Made by a program: the position numbers and the translations under genes. DNA of 44,877 bases from positions 1-44,877 of IMG/VR virus record IMGVR_UViG_3300037478_000562; one strand, 5' to 3'. Origin of the DNA: a virus (lineage: Duplodnaviria; Caudoviricetes). The notes below the pieces were generated by a model. The model made no database searches. It was not told the DNA's origin and saw only the letters and a list, made by a program, of their open reading frames with translations. Positions 8,728 to 18,700 of this stretch are shown piece by piece (position 1 is the first letter of the stretch; each line of letters opens with the position of its first letter).

Positions 8728-11700
8728 TCAGACCTCCACGTTCTGCACTAGCCGCGCCTCGGTCAGCCGGCCGTGCTGCATCCAGACGATGCGAAAGGGC
8801 TCCTCGACGAACGGCCCGCCCAGGCCGCGCGCGCGAGTCACAAGGACAAAGTCACCAGGCTTGTAGCGCGCGAGCCGCGAGGGCACCGTGACCGTCGCGA
8901 CAATGGGCCGCGCGGCGGCCAGCGTTTGCGCGCGGTTCGCCAAGAGCTGAGCGTTGTCGCCTGTTGTGTGGAGCGTGTCCAATTCCTTGCGGCCCAGGCG
9001 GCCCGCAGCGAGCCGCACCGAGCCGTCTGACGCGCGCCGCTCAAGCCGGGCGCCTGTGGTGGGGTCCTCGCCGTAGAGTACGATCACCTCGGGGTGTACG
9101 TCCGCGCGGGGGCGGCCTGCGCGCCAGGAGGCAAAGTCGCGGTCTCGCAGAACCGGAGCCGTGGAAGGCACCGTGTCCGTGTACGGCACGTAGTAGAGTC
9201 GCCCTGCACCGTCCACCACGATCTGAGCAAGATTCGACGATCGCAGCGCCTCGAATATGGTGCGGGTCGTCGTCCTGGTCGAGAGGTAGAGCGCGAGCGG
9301 CTCAGGGTGCGACGCGCGAGCCGCCGCAGCCGCCACCTCGTCGAAGCGGTCCAGCGGCTGGCGCATGAGGCGGTGCCAGACGAATCGGCAGATGTCCACC
9401 CCGCGCGTGATCACGGCGCTCGCCGAGCCGGTGTAGGTGCCGGCCGCGTCGTCCTTGTAGCCGTCGCCGTCGACCCTCAGGATGTGCAACACGTCCGCGT
9501 CGGTGTCGGCGTCGAAGAGCGCTTCGGCGTCACCCTCGTAGCTCGGGAGTGTCGTCTTGTCTGTCGCGCGGTCGAACCCTAGAACGCTCCACCCGCTCAG
9601 GTCAGCGTTGACGCCCGTGTCGCACAGGAGGTTGAGCGTCCCCGCGCCCTTCGCGACCGTGAGGCGGTGCGACTCGTCGTCGTAGGTGACCGTGATGTCT
9701 GCGACGCTCGCCGCGGCGTTGAGGCGCGCCGCGGCCTCGACCGCCAGGGTCGCCGGGACGTAGAGCCCGGGGGTCAGCGTAGCGAGCAATGCCGAGGCGC
9801 CCACGTCGAAGTCGAGCAGGTTCTCCTCGGCGGTCACCTCGATCACCTGGACATCGCGCAGCACCTCGATGCGACAGGCCGCGAGGTCGCGCTGGTAGTC
9901 GACGCCGAGACTGAGCGTCAGCCTGCGGGCGGCGACCTGGTCCGTAGCCGCGGCCTGGTCGGCGTAGGCGTACACGGCCGTTTCGAAGCCGATACCACGC
10001 CCCGGCACTCCGGCCGTCGGGTCGGCCAGCTCGTAGGTGCCGTAGCCAGTGTCGGGGTCGCGCAGGATCCGGACCGGGGAGACGTTGGTCTTCGGGCCGA
10101 TCCACAGCGGCCTGGGCTGGCCGACCTTAGCGGCGACCATCGCGGGAAAGTCGGCCAGCGCGTAGCTGTTGGGGGGGGCGTCGCGGTGGAGCAGCCCCTT
10201 CGAGTCTTCCAGCGGGAGGCTCACGGTCTGGTCCGTCACGTCCTCGGGCTCTTCGACGCGACCGGTGAAGCGGCGTAGGTAGGCGCAGAACGAGAGCTCG
10301 CGGCCGTCGGGCATGACGCCGCCTTGGTGCACACGGGCCTCGGCGGAGATCCACTCGAAGCCGGCGAGCATCTCCTCGACCAGGCCGTCACCGTTCGCGA
10401 GCCCCACTTCGCCTTGCCCGATCACCTCGGCGCCGAAGAAGGTGTCTTGCTGGCCGACGGAGCTGGACGGCATCGCCCCGGCGAGGAGTCGCGGGCGGGC
10501 GAAGTGCCAGCGCCAGATCCGACGGACGGTGACCGCGTCGAAGACGACGCCGGCCGCTCCGGTGCCGAGTAGCGCGAGCTGCAGCGACGGTGCGGCGATG
10601 TGGGCGACGAAGTCGAAGGTGGCGGTCCGGACTCGGCCACTGGTGCGCGCGAGGGACGCCCCGTGCTGCGCGCCGTAGGAGCGGCCGTCGCTGCTGAGCC
10701 AGCCAGCGGCGTCGGTTCCCACTCGGATGCGGGCCTCGCTGGGGTTCCACGCGCCCGGAGGCGATCCGGCCTCGGCGGCGTGGTACTCGAGCACGTCGGC
10801 GGCGGTCCAGGCTCGGCCGAGGAGGAAGACGACCTGGTCGATACGGCCGTCGAGCATGTTGGCTGTGTGTACGCCCGCGGGGTCACCGGCGCCAATCTTG
10901 AACGCCGCAGCGCTCGTGATCGCGCCGAGAGCGGAGATGTCTACCGAGCCGACAAGAATCCCGTCGGCGTACCCGAGCAGCAGCCCGCTCGCACGATCAA
11001 TGATCACCACGACTGAGTGGAAGAGGTCGTCGTCTGGCATATTGCCGACCGGCGTGAAGACCTGGATCGTCGAGAGAACGGCGTCCTTGATCGAAAGAAC
11101 GAGCCTGTCCAGGGCGACCCGGCACGACCAGCCGGTCCCGCCGCCCGCGCCCTTGGAGAAGATGTGCTGGACGTTTCCGCTGCTGTCTCGCCGTACCTTG
11201 CAGGCCAAGACACTGCTTTCCGAGCCGGGATCGAAGTCCGCAGACGTCGATTGAAAGTACGGCGAGTCGGTCAGGTCGGTGACCTTCGTGAGCTGCGCGC
11301 CGTTCCCGTGGACTGCCGCTCCGTAGGTCGGGCTGTTCGCCTCCGTGAGCGCCGGCCCGATCCCAGAGCCGTCCGCCTCGAAGTCGTACCGCGCCGCGAA
11401 GGAAGCGCCATCGAGCAGGCCCGTTCCTGTCCGGTTCGCAGCAGCCGTCCGGTACTTGGCAGTCACCCGGTACTGCGCCCCCACCTGGAGCGCCAGGGTC
11501 TTCTGGACGGACGCTGCGCCGCTCTCGTCGCTCTCGATCGAGAGCCCCACCGACTTGGACCCCTCGATCGGGTCGGCTGTCTCTTCCGTCACGGCGCCCG
11601 ACCCGGCCTCGGTCTTCGTCCAGCCCGCGGGCGCCCCGCCACTCCACGCGGCCTCGAAGTCCCCATCCTCCAGCATGTCGGCGCCGAGATCCGGAACGAC

Positions 11701-12159
11701 CGCGCCCTGCCCGGCGAAGAAGAAGACCACCCGGGCGAGCACGGTCGTATCGCGCGGGTTGCTGCCGTTCTCCAGGTGGACGTAGAGCCGTGGGAAGCGA
11801 TCCCAGAATTTTCCGTCGTCCCACGACGACTCGTCCCAGATGAAAGCGTCCGTCGTGTCCACGTCGGGGTCGAAGTAGAACGTCCCGGCCGTGGCCTCGC
11901 AGTCCGCGAGCGTCTCGGCGCGCTCCAGGCCCGTGTCCAGCAACGTGACGACGTCGACCACGTCGAGCCGGCGACCGCCGAAGACGGGGGCGAACGCCGC
12001 GACGTAGGTCGTGCCGGCATCAAGAAACCAGTCGGTCATCAGGACGCCCGGCCGCAGCTCCACCACGTGCCGGCGGTCCGACGCGCTCGACTCGAGCAGC
12101 TCCTCCAGCGTCGGCAGATTGCTCGCCACGCCCATCGCCCCGCGCCCGACCCGCGTCAC
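8728..12159 (-). CDS. large tail-tip/hub protein with CBM-like and LamG (concanavalin A-like) domains
   Basis: GTG 12159 overlaps upstream stop; LEDGDFE...PAGW (CBM4/9-like); DDLFHSVVV...YADG...FKIGA...LDGRIDQV...RAWTAADV (LamG). Confidence 0.8.
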   Translation of the reverse strand: MTRVGRGAMGVASNLPTLEELLESSASDRRHVVELRPGVLMTDWFLDAGTTYVAAFAPVFGGRRLDVVDVVTLLDTGLERAETLADCEATAGTFYFDPDVDTTDAFIWDESSWDDGKFWDRFPRLYVHLENGSNPRDTTVLARVVFFFAGQGAVVPDLGADMLEDGDFEAAWSGGAPAGWTKTEAGSGAVTEETADPIEGSKSVGLSIESDESGAASVQKTLALQVGAQYRVTAKYRTAAANRTGTGLLDGASFAARYDFEADGSGIGPALTEANSPTYGAAVHGNGAQLTKVTDLTDSPYFQSTSADFDPGSESSVLACKVRRDSSGNVQHIFSKGAGGGTGWSCRVALDRLVLSIKDAVLSTIQVFTPVGNMPDDDLFHSVVVIIDRASGLLLGYADGILVGSVDISALGAITSAAAFKIGAGDPAGVHTANMLDGRIDQVVFLLGRAWTAADVLEYHAAEAGSPPGAWNPSEARIRVGTDAAGWLSSDGRSYGAQHGASLARTSGRVRTATFDFVAHIAAPSLQLALLGTGAAGVVFDAVTVRRIWRWHFARPRLLAGAMPSSSVGQQDTFFGAEVIGQGEVGLANGDGLVEEMLAGFEWISAEARVHQGGVMPDGRELSFCAYLRRFTGRVEEPEDVTDQTVSLPLEDSKGLLHRDAPPNSYALADFPAMVAAKVGQPRPLWIGPKTNVSPVRILRDPDTGYGTYELADPTAGVPGRGIGFETAVYAYADQAAATDQVAARRLTLSLGVDYQRDLAACRIEVLRDVQVIEVTAEENLLDFDVGASALLATLTPGLYVPATLAVEAAARLNAAASVADITVTYDDESHRLTVAKGAGTLNLLCDTGVNADLSGWSVLGFDRATDKTTLPSYEGDAEALFDADTDADVLHILRVDGDGYKDDAAGTYTGSASAVITRGVDICRFVWHRLMRQPLDRFDEVAAAAARASHPEPLALYLSTRTTTRTIFEALRSSNLAQIVVDGAGRLYYVPYTDTVPSTAPVLRDRDFASWRAGRPRADVHPEVIVLYGEDPTTGARLERRASDGSVRLAAGRLGRKELDTLHTTGDNAQLLANRAQTLAAARPIVATVTVPSRLARYKPGDFVLVTRARGLGGPFVEEPFRIVWMQHGRLTEARLVQNVEV

Positions 12160-13253
12160 CCGAGCGCCTCCGCCAGCGCCTGCGAGATGTTCCAGTAGCG
12201 ATCTGCCGTCAGGCCGAACGCCATTGCGCTGGGGCGGAACACGTAGCGGGTGTCCGTCTCGGTCGCCGTGAAGCTGAAGAAGAAGCACGTACCGACCGGG
12301 GTGGCCTCTGCCCACGCCTCGAGCACGTCCTTGTCCGCTTCCTCCTCGTCGGTCCAGGACACGGACCAGACATCGCGGCGCGGCTTCTGGTCCTGGTAGT
12401 GAGCGCCACCCTCCGCCGCGTCGATCGAGGACAGCTCGAACGGGTTGAGGCCGAGGTCGTGGGTGTAGGAGTGCGTCGGGAAGACGCCCGGGCCGGCGAA
12501 CCAGATGCCGACCTCGGAGAATCCGTCGGGGTTCGCCACGTCATCAATGAGCAGCTCCCAGTAGTGATAGCTTTCGTCGGCGGAGAAGACGTCGATTCGG
12601 ATCTCGGCGTCTCCGGCCAGCGCCTGCGAGAACGAGGGCGCGTCCCAGGCGTCGGTCGCGTTGCCGCGGAGGGTGAAGGTCCCACCGGAGCCCGCGTTGT
12701 GGTCGATCACGATCCCGGCGCGCACGGCCATCGCCGAGCCGAGGTCGACCTTGAGCCACTCGCGCGAGTGGTACGAGGCCGCGTCGCCCGCGTAGAACGT
12801 GGCTCCGGTGTCGTCGGCGCTCACGTCGAAGCCGAGGTCGGGGCCGCAGGAGGTGGCGGCGCTCGCCCCCGTCGACCACTCCAGCCCGAAGGCGTCGGAG
12901 CCGGTAGCGCGCGCGATCGTGAAGAGCTTCGTCCCCGCGTCGTAGGTGACGGTGTAGGTGTTGTCGGTGGCGGCCGCGTTGATCTGTGTCTCGACCTCGG
13001 CGGCGTACTGCGCCGGAGTGGCGTAGTTCCCCGGGGTGAGGGTGGCGACAGCGTCCCCCGTGGTGGCTTCGGTGAGGTCGAGCTTGTCGTTTCGCCCGGC
13101 GACCACGTTGTAGCCGGGCTTCGAGCGCCAGGTCTCAGAGCGGAGCTGATCGAGGATCGCGACCGCGGGAAACGACGGGTCCTCGCTCGACGCCGAGAGC
13201 ACCGTACCTGACGCCTGCACCAAGTTGTCGTGGAAGATCCGTCCCTGTGGCAT
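12156..13253 (-). CDS. distal tail (Dit-like) protein with inserted domains
   Basis: Directly after tape measure; LSASSE...SETWRS...EWLKVDLG...YHYWELLI discoidin-like pattern. Confidence 0.7.
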   Translation of the reverse strand: MPQGRIFHDNLVQASGTVLSASSEDPSFPAVAILDQLRSETWRSKPGYNVVAGRNDKLDLTEATTGDAVATLTPGNYATPAQYAAEVETQINAAATDNTYTVTYDAGTKLFTIARATGSDAFGLEWSTGASAATSCGPDLGFDVSADDTGATFYAGDAASYHSREWLKVDLGSAMAVRAGIVIDHNAGSGGTFTLRGNATDAWDAPSFSQALAGDAEIRIDVFSADESYHYWELLIDDVANPDGFSEVGIWFAGPGVFPTHSYTHDLGLNPFELSSIDAAEGGAHYQDQKPRRDVWSVSWTDEEEADKDVLEAWAEATPVGTCFFFSFTATETDTRYVFRPSAMAFGLTADRYWNISQALAEALG

Positions 13254-13257
13254 CGCT

Positions 13258-16200
13258 CTAGGTCCCCTGCCTGGTCACGGAGTCGGGGTGCGTCCGGAGC
13301 GCGCCGCTCCGGCTCTGGCGCTCGAACCACCGCGCAATCTCCGGCGGGTGGAAGTAGAGGTCCACGCGCTGAGCGCTCCCGCGGCCCTCACCACCGCCGG
13401 CGCCCATCCGCGCCGCACGCGCGACGACGCCCGCGAGGCTCTCGTCCGAGATGATCCGCTCCGTCCGCTGCTCGCCGACACGCACCGACCGCCCGCCGCC
13501 GGGGGTGAAGGGCACGAAGCCCTCGGCGGCGAATCCCTGCTGGGATCCACGATGACCGCCGTCGCCCTCGTCGCCCGCGCCACGCCCTCCAGGCCCGCGG
13601 TCTCGATAGTCCACGTCGACCGTGACGTTGCGCGGGATCCGCCGAATTGAGTCGATCGTCGCCTGCACGCTCGCCGGAACTTCGCCGCCCATCACCCGCA
13701 CCAGCTCGCGGAACAGCTCGAGCATGGCCCCTTGGATCTCCACGAGGCGGTCCATCGGGTCGACCATGTCGTCGAAGAGCCCGGGCACCTTGTCCGCGTC
13801 GGCGAGCAAGTCGTCGAATGCTTGGCCGCCGCTGAAGCCAAACTCGCCGATCGCTTCCTTCGCCGAGAAGATCGCCGGCCCGAGGATCTGGAATGCCTGC
13901 TCGCTGGTGAACCCGGCGGCGGTCAGCTCCCCGAACATCGTGAGAATCTCGGCCGTGATCGCGCTGAAGGTCTCCTGTGTCATGGAGCCCGTCGAGCGCA
14001 GCATGTCGATCACGCCCGCGACCCCCTCGGCCGCGGCGACCAGGGACTCGTTGTCGGTCACGAGCCCCTGGAAGCTCGTCAGCGCCGCGAAGGCGCCGGT
14101 GATCTCGAGCCCCGCCTCCTGGGCCGCGGTGATCGCTGCATCGAGCGAGGGCGCCATCGCGCGGATCGCCTCGACGAGGCCCATGCCCTGCGCGCGCAGC
14201 TCCTGGAAGACCGCCGACCCGACGAGGCCCATGCGGTCGAGCCGCTCCTGGGTCAGGTCCGTGACGCTGCCCAGGTGGGTGAAGACCGCCGCCAGGCCAG
14301 AGAGCCCGCCCGAGGTGATCTCCCTCTGGATCTCGCCCAGCTCACCCTTGAGCCGCTCGAAGGACCCGAGCAGCTCGTCGATCTCCTGCTGCCGCTGGGC
14401 GGCCAGCTCCTCATCAGAGGGCCCGCCGCCGAAGAGCCCCCCGATCAGGCCGAGGCCGCCGCCGATCGCCGCCCCGATGGGGCCGCCGAGCGACATGCCC
14501 ATCATGGCCCCGCCGGCCGCGCCCTGGATGGCGCTCCCGCCGCGACCGCCGATCAGCCCGCCGATCTGGCCGACGCCCGCCGCGATCGCGGCGAACTTCT
14601 GCGCGGGGGTGACCGCGTCGTAAAAGCCCTTAGCGATGTTCGCGACTATGTCGGGGACCTGCCCGAGTTCTCCCTTGATCGCACCGGCGAGCAGCGCGGT
14701 GCCCTGGAGCATCATGTTCCAGTCGAAGGTCCCCGACAGCACCTTCTCCGGGTCGGCGAACTGCTCAGGGACGAAGTCGGGGAGCTGCCCCGCCCGCGTC
14801 TTGAACGCTTCGATGTCGGCCTGCCGCTGCTCGAGCTGTTGCCGGTTGAAGGCGTCACGCGCCGCGAGGGCGCCCCGCGTCAGGGTGATGGTGCGTTCGA
14901 TCTCGCGGCGGTAGGACTGGGCCGAGCGGACCACGCGCTCGACGCCCTTGGCTCCAGCCTCGCCGCCTTCGCCCACGTCGTCGCGGAGGGCGCCTCCCAG
15001 CTCGCGGGACGCGCGCTGCGCATTCGCCGCGTCCTTCGTTAGCTGGTCGAGCTGATTCCGGAGTCCCCCGAGAAAGTCGTCCGTGGGGCTCTGAGCGCCA
15101 TTCCGGATGTCCTCTTCGAGACCGAAGATCCGGACCTTGCGATCGGCCGCGCCCGCACGCAGCCCGTCGAGCCGATCATTGAGGCCCGTGTCGAGCCCGA
15201 ACGACAGATCGGCCTTGAGCTGGAGCGCCCGAATCTGCACCTGGTCGAGGTCGTCGGCCAGGCGCAGGAACCAGAGCTGGATCTTCGAGAAGGCGTGCGG
15301 TACGGAGTTCCACGCATTGACGAGGAACCGCGCCGAATCCACTCCGGCCTTGCCGAGGTCGAGCATCGCGAAGACGCCGATCTCCACCTTGTCGACGAGG
15401 CTGTCCACCATCCGCTGCGGATCGTTGCCGAAGGCGTCTTGCAGCGACGCGGCAATCCCCTGCATCGCCGCGCCGAGCGCGGGTGACGTGGTGACCGCCT
15501 TCGCCAGGCTGTTGGTGAAGTTCTCGAATGTGGTACTGACCTGCGCCATGCTCAGGCCCAGCGACTGCTGGGTCTGGCCGAGTTCCTCTATCTTGGCGCG
15601 CGCAGAGGAGAGGGTGGCGTTGTAGAACGCGGTCTTTCGCTCGACGTCGGTGAGCTGCTCGGCCGTCTTCTTGAGCGTCGCCGCGTGCGTCTTGTACGCA
15701 GCCTCGGTGTCAACGACGATGCCGAGGTTGTCGAGCCACAGGGCCGACTGGCGGCCGAGGCCGGTGACCATGCTCTCGAGCGACTTGCTCGCCGAGAGCC
15801 CCATCGCGTCGCCGAGCTTCACCGCCGCCGACGCCAACTCCTCGAGCCCGTCCGCGCTCGCAGGGATCCCGAGCAGCAGCGCCTGATTGGTCCGCTGCAT
15901 CAGCTCGAGATCGGAGATCGCCCCGAGCGTGGCCGGCCGCAGCTTCGAAAGGATGACGTCGCCGGATTCGCCGGCAGCGGCCGTCAGGGCCTTGAAGCTG
16001 TTCTCGATCCCGACGACCTCGCGCCCCTTGACCGCGAGGAAGGCGACCGCGCCACCGGTCGCTACGAGCGCAGCAGTCGCCGCAAGCGCCGTCGTCCGCA
16101 GGATCGAGAAGCCCGCCGAATACGTCTGGGTGAAGCTCTTGAGCTTCTTTTCCAGGTCGATCTTGGCGACCTCGCGACCCTTCTTGGCGACGAAGCCGAA

Positions 16201-16431
16201 CGCATCGCCCGTCGCAAGCGCCGCAGTCCTCAGGGCCGGGAAGTCACGGCCGAGTCGCTGGACCACCAGCCTCGACGTCTTGAGGGCGCCGCCGAAGTCC
16301 TTCTCGACGTCGCGGGATGCCCGCTTTACTGCGGCCGAGAGGCTCTTAAACTCGGCATCGATCTGCTTGAACGCCCGGTCGGTTTGGTTCCGGGCCTGGA
16401 TGATCAGCTCGAGGGTCTGGCGGTCAGCCAC
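13258..16431 (-). CDS. tape measure protein (1057 aa)
   Basis: Ala/Gly/Leu-rich helical; GRQSALWLDNLGI motif; Gly-rich hydrophobic segment; follows chaperone genes. Confidence 0.9.
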   Translation of the reverse strand: MADRQTLELIIQARNQTDRAFKQIDAEFKSLSAAVKRASRDVEKDFGGALKTSRLVVQRLGRDFPALRTAALATGDAFGFVAKKGREVAKIDLEKKLKSFTQTYSAGFSILRTTALAATAALVATGGAVAFLAVKGREVVGIENSFKALTAAAGESGDVILSKLRPATLGAISDLELMQRTNQALLLGIPASADGLEELASAAVKLGDAMGLSASKSLESMVTGLGRQSALWLDNLGIVVDTEAAYKTHAATLKKTAEQLTDVERKTAFYNATLSSARAKIEELGQTQQSLGLSMAQVSTTFENFTNSLAKAVTTSPALGAAMQGIAASLQDAFGNDPQRMVDSLVDKVEIGVFAMLDLGKAGVDSARFLVNAWNSVPHAFSKIQLWFLRLADDLDQVQIRALQLKADLSFGLDTGLNDRLDGLRAGAADRKVRIFGLEEDIRNGAQSPTDDFLGGLRNQLDQLTKDAANAQRASRELGGALRDDVGEGGEAGAKGVERVVRSAQSYRREIERTITLTRGALAARDAFNRQQLEQRQADIEAFKTRAGQLPDFVPEQFADPEKVLSGTFDWNMMLQGTALLAGAIKGELGQVPDIVANIAKGFYDAVTPAQKFAAIAAGVGQIGGLIGGRGGSAIQGAAGGAMMGMSLGGPIGAAIGGGLGLIGGLFGGGPSDEELAAQRQQEIDELLGSFERLKGELGEIQREITSGGLSGLAAVFTHLGSVTDLTQERLDRMGLVGSAVFQELRAQGMGLVEAIRAMAPSLDAAITAAQEAGLEITGAFAALTSFQGLVTDNESLVAAAEGVAGVIDMLRSTGSMTQETFSAITAEILTMFGELTAAGFTSEQAFQILGPAIFSAKEAIGEFGFSGGQAFDDLLADADKVPGLFDDMVDPMDRLVEIQGAMLELFRELVRVMGGEVPASVQATIDSIRRIPRNVTVDVDYRDRGPGGRGAGDEGDGGHRGSQQGFAAEGFVPFTPGGGRSVRVGEQRTERIISDESLAGVVARAARMGAGGGEGRGSAQRVDLYFHPPEIARWFERQSRSGALRTHPDSVTRQGT

Positions 16432-16434
16432 AGG

Positions 16435-16875
16435 TCACCCTCTCGACTGGCGCCGCTTCCGGGGCTGTTCCTTCTCGGGCTTCGGCTGGCGCGACGGCAG
16501 GAACCGCAGCTCGCCCAGCAGCAGGCCGACGGCCTGAACCAGCCTCGCGTCCTGCTCCATGACCCCGCCCGGCTCCGGCCACTCTTTCACCCCGACCGGG
16601 TCGCCCCACGCTCCGTACTCGAGCGACCCGAGAAACCACTGGACGGTGACCTCAGCCTCCTGCGTGATCTCCAGCACGGGGCAGACCGTGGATTCGACAC
16701 GTGGCCGTCCTCGATCGTCCTTCCCAGACCGGAAAACTACTGCACGGTTACAGGGGTCTCCGGCGCAGTTGCGAGGTCCGTCCCATCCCCGGCGGCGGCA
16801 GATTCCACACCCGAGGTTCCACCGCTGATCTTTTCCGCCGGCTCGGAGGTGGAGGGCGAGCCGGAGGCTTTTCCC
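16435..16875 (-). CDS. tail assembly chaperone, -1 frameshift extension (GT-like)
   Basis: Open -1 frame from the slippery site: KSLRLALH...CGIC...RNC...CPVLEI...WPEPGGVMEQDA; no convincing own start. Confidence 0.75.
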   Translation of the reverse strand, partial: GKSLRLALHLRAGGKDQRWNLGCGICRRRGWDGPRNCAGDPCNRAVVFRSGKDDRGRPRVESTVCPVLEITQEAEVTVQWFLGSLEYGAWGDPVGVKEWPEPGGVMEQDARLVQAVGLLLGELRFLPSRQPKPEKEQPRKRRQSRG

Positions 16876-17471
16876 TCGGTAGAGGTGAGCTGGCTCAGCT
16901 CCTGCGCGCGCCCGACGACGTGAGACACCAGCGCGTGCGGTGGCGAGAGCGCGAGCAGGTCGGGGCCGTCCGTCACCGGCCCCGACTCCGTCTCGACGCC
17001 CTCGACGCCGAAGACCAGGCCGAAGCACGCCTCGAGCAGGTCGTCGCTCACCGACTGCATGTACTCGGCCTCGGCCGCCCGGTGCGCCCGTACCATCCCG
17101 GCCATCTCGTCGAGCCGCGCGTCGAGGGCGGCCTCGTCCACGGCCGGAATCTCGTGGCCGTTCTCCACGTGCCACGCCTGGAGCGCGTCCCGCATCTCCT
17201 CGGGCTCCATCGCGCCCTTCTCGATCAGGACCGGGTCGAACCCCAGCGCGCGGACCGACGCGCGGAGCCGGTCGCAGTCCTGCCGGGCGTGAGCGCGGCC
17301 GATCTTCACCACCTCGCGGTAGCTCCGCTCGACCCCGTCGGTTCGCACGCGGGAGAAGCCCGAAACGATACGGATCGCGGTGGCCCGCGTGGGCCGGTTC
17401 ATATTGTAGCGGACGGTCTCGCCGTCCACCTCTACCTCGAACGTCTTCGGCTTCCGCGACAGCAGCAGCAT
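16737..17471 (-). CDS. tail assembly chaperone (G-like)
   Basis: Between tail tube and TMP; GAGGAGG RBS; ends ...TEGKASGSPST. Confidence 0.8.
   Translation of the reverse strand: MLLLSRKPKTFEVEVDGETVRYNMNRPTRATAIRIVSGFSRVRTDGVERSYREVVKIGRAHARQDCDRLRASVRALGFDPVLIEKGAMEPEEMRDALQAWHVENGHEIPAVDEAALDARLDEMAGMVRAHRAAEAEYMQSVSDDLLEACFGLVFGVEGVETESGPVTDGPDLLALSPPHALVSHVVGRAQELSQLTSTEGKASGSPSTSEPAEKISGGTSGVESAAAGDGTDLATAPETPVTVQ
16869..16875 (-). other. programmed -1 ribosomal frameshift site G GGA AAA
   Basis: In-frame X XXY YYZ heptamer at Glu-Gly-Lys codons. Confidence 0.8.
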
Positions 17472-17509
17472 GTGGTGGCCCTCCTCGTGGCCTGGTGGCG
17501 GCGTTCAGA

Positions 17510-18697
17510 TCAGAGAAACGCCACCTTGATTTCGTCGTCGCCCGACACACCGAGCGCACGCCCCGCCAGGCGCAGCCCGATCTCGCCGTCCTGCTCCATC
17601 CGCTCCCCGCGCGGCTTCCAGTTCCGCGTCCGCCACGCGAAGATGTTGCCGACCGAATCCCCGAGCTGGCAGATCACGTCCCTCGCCGTGCGGGTCTTCG
17701 ACCCGTCGTAGAAGGTCTTGGTGTCGTCCCGCAGGTACATCTCCAGCGTCTGCTCGACCATGTAGCGCGAGCTGTTCTCGGTGCGCTTCGCGCCCGTGGG
17801 CTCGAGCGAATCGGACTCGGTCTCTCGCGTGGTGAGCCCGTTCGCGATCGTGACGTTCGCCGAGATGATCGGCACCGACGTGGCGCCGATCCAGACCTTC
17901 CCCACGGCGGGAGTCAGCGGCGAGCCCTGCGTGGTCGGCGTCGGCCGCGTCGTCGCGGTCTGCGCCGTCTCGTACTTGCCCGTGCCGCCGAACCGGCACT
18001 TAGCCAGCGGCACGGCCTCGCCGAAGTTGACCTCGAAGCCGCCCTCCTTGACGACGAGCCCCGGGACCGTCTCTCGGATGTCGTCGTTGTTGAAGAGCCA
18101 CAGGAACAGCGACAGTGCGGTCGCCTCGTCGAGGCTGTAGGTGCTCCCCACGAACACGTCCCGACCGGTAGCCGGGTCGGCGGTGAGCGCCCGATCCAGG
18201 GTGACGGTGTCTGCCCCGGGAAGCGCGGCGACCTCGCGGACCTCGATGCCCACGGCGGCCGAGACGTCGACCGCGATCAGGTCGCCCACTTCGATCCCGG
18301 ACGCGGCCACGCCGCCCGTGGCCAGCTCGAGCGCCGTCCCCGCCGAGCCCGACGTCGTGGTGGTGTGCGCGTCCGCCGTGTGCTCCGACCCGAGCAGGGC
18401 CTTCCAGAACGCCGACGGATCCGGCGGGGTGGGCGTGCCCGTCACGCCTGAAGGGATCAGGTCCATCTCGAGCGCCACCTGGGACCGCTTCCGCCCCGTC
18501 TGCAGCTCCAGCACCGACGCCTGCGCGTTGTCGCGGTCGCGGTCGCGGTAGAGCTCCTCGAGTTCGGGGACGACGGCCACGCTCGGAGAGGTGTGCTTGA
18601 AGAAGTCGCCGCCGGCGAGGGCGCCCGGGCTGGTGCCGTAGGCGGCCTCCTCCTGCACGGCGAATTCGTCGTTTCGGAGCAGGTAGAAGTCGGGCAT
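17510..18697 (-). CDS. major tail (tube) protein with internal accessory domain
   Basis: N-terminal FAVQEEAAYGT motif; ISANVTIANGL; position; no sheath gene seen. Confidence 0.85.
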   Translation of the reverse strand: MPDFYLLRNDEFAVQEEAAYGTSPGALAGGDFFKHTSPSVAVVPELEELYRDRDRDNAQASVLELQTGRKRSQVALEMDLIPSGVTGTPTPPDPSAFWKALLGSEHTADAHTTTTSGSAGTALELATGGVAASGIEVGDLIAVDVSAAVGIEVREVAALPGADTVTLDRALTADPATGRDVFVGSTYSLDEATALSLFLWLFNNDDIRETVPGLVVKEGGFEVNFGEAVPLAKCRFGGTGKYETAQTATTRPTPTTQGSPLTPAVGKVWIGATSVPIISANVTIANGLTTRETESDSLEPTGAKRTENSSRYMVEQTLEMYLRDDTKTFYDGSKTRTARDVICQLGDSVGNIFAWRTRNWKPRGERMEQDGEIGLRLAGRALGVSGDDEIKVAFL

Positions 18698-18700
18698 GGG

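Noticed and set aside
10171-10178. G8 and C8 homopolymers (also 19458-19465) as phase-variation sites
   Set aside because: Short runs expected in GC-rich DNA; frames are intact.
6968-12159. Diversity-generating retroelement acting on tail genes
   Set aside because: No reverse transcriptase motif and no TR/VR repeat pair seen.
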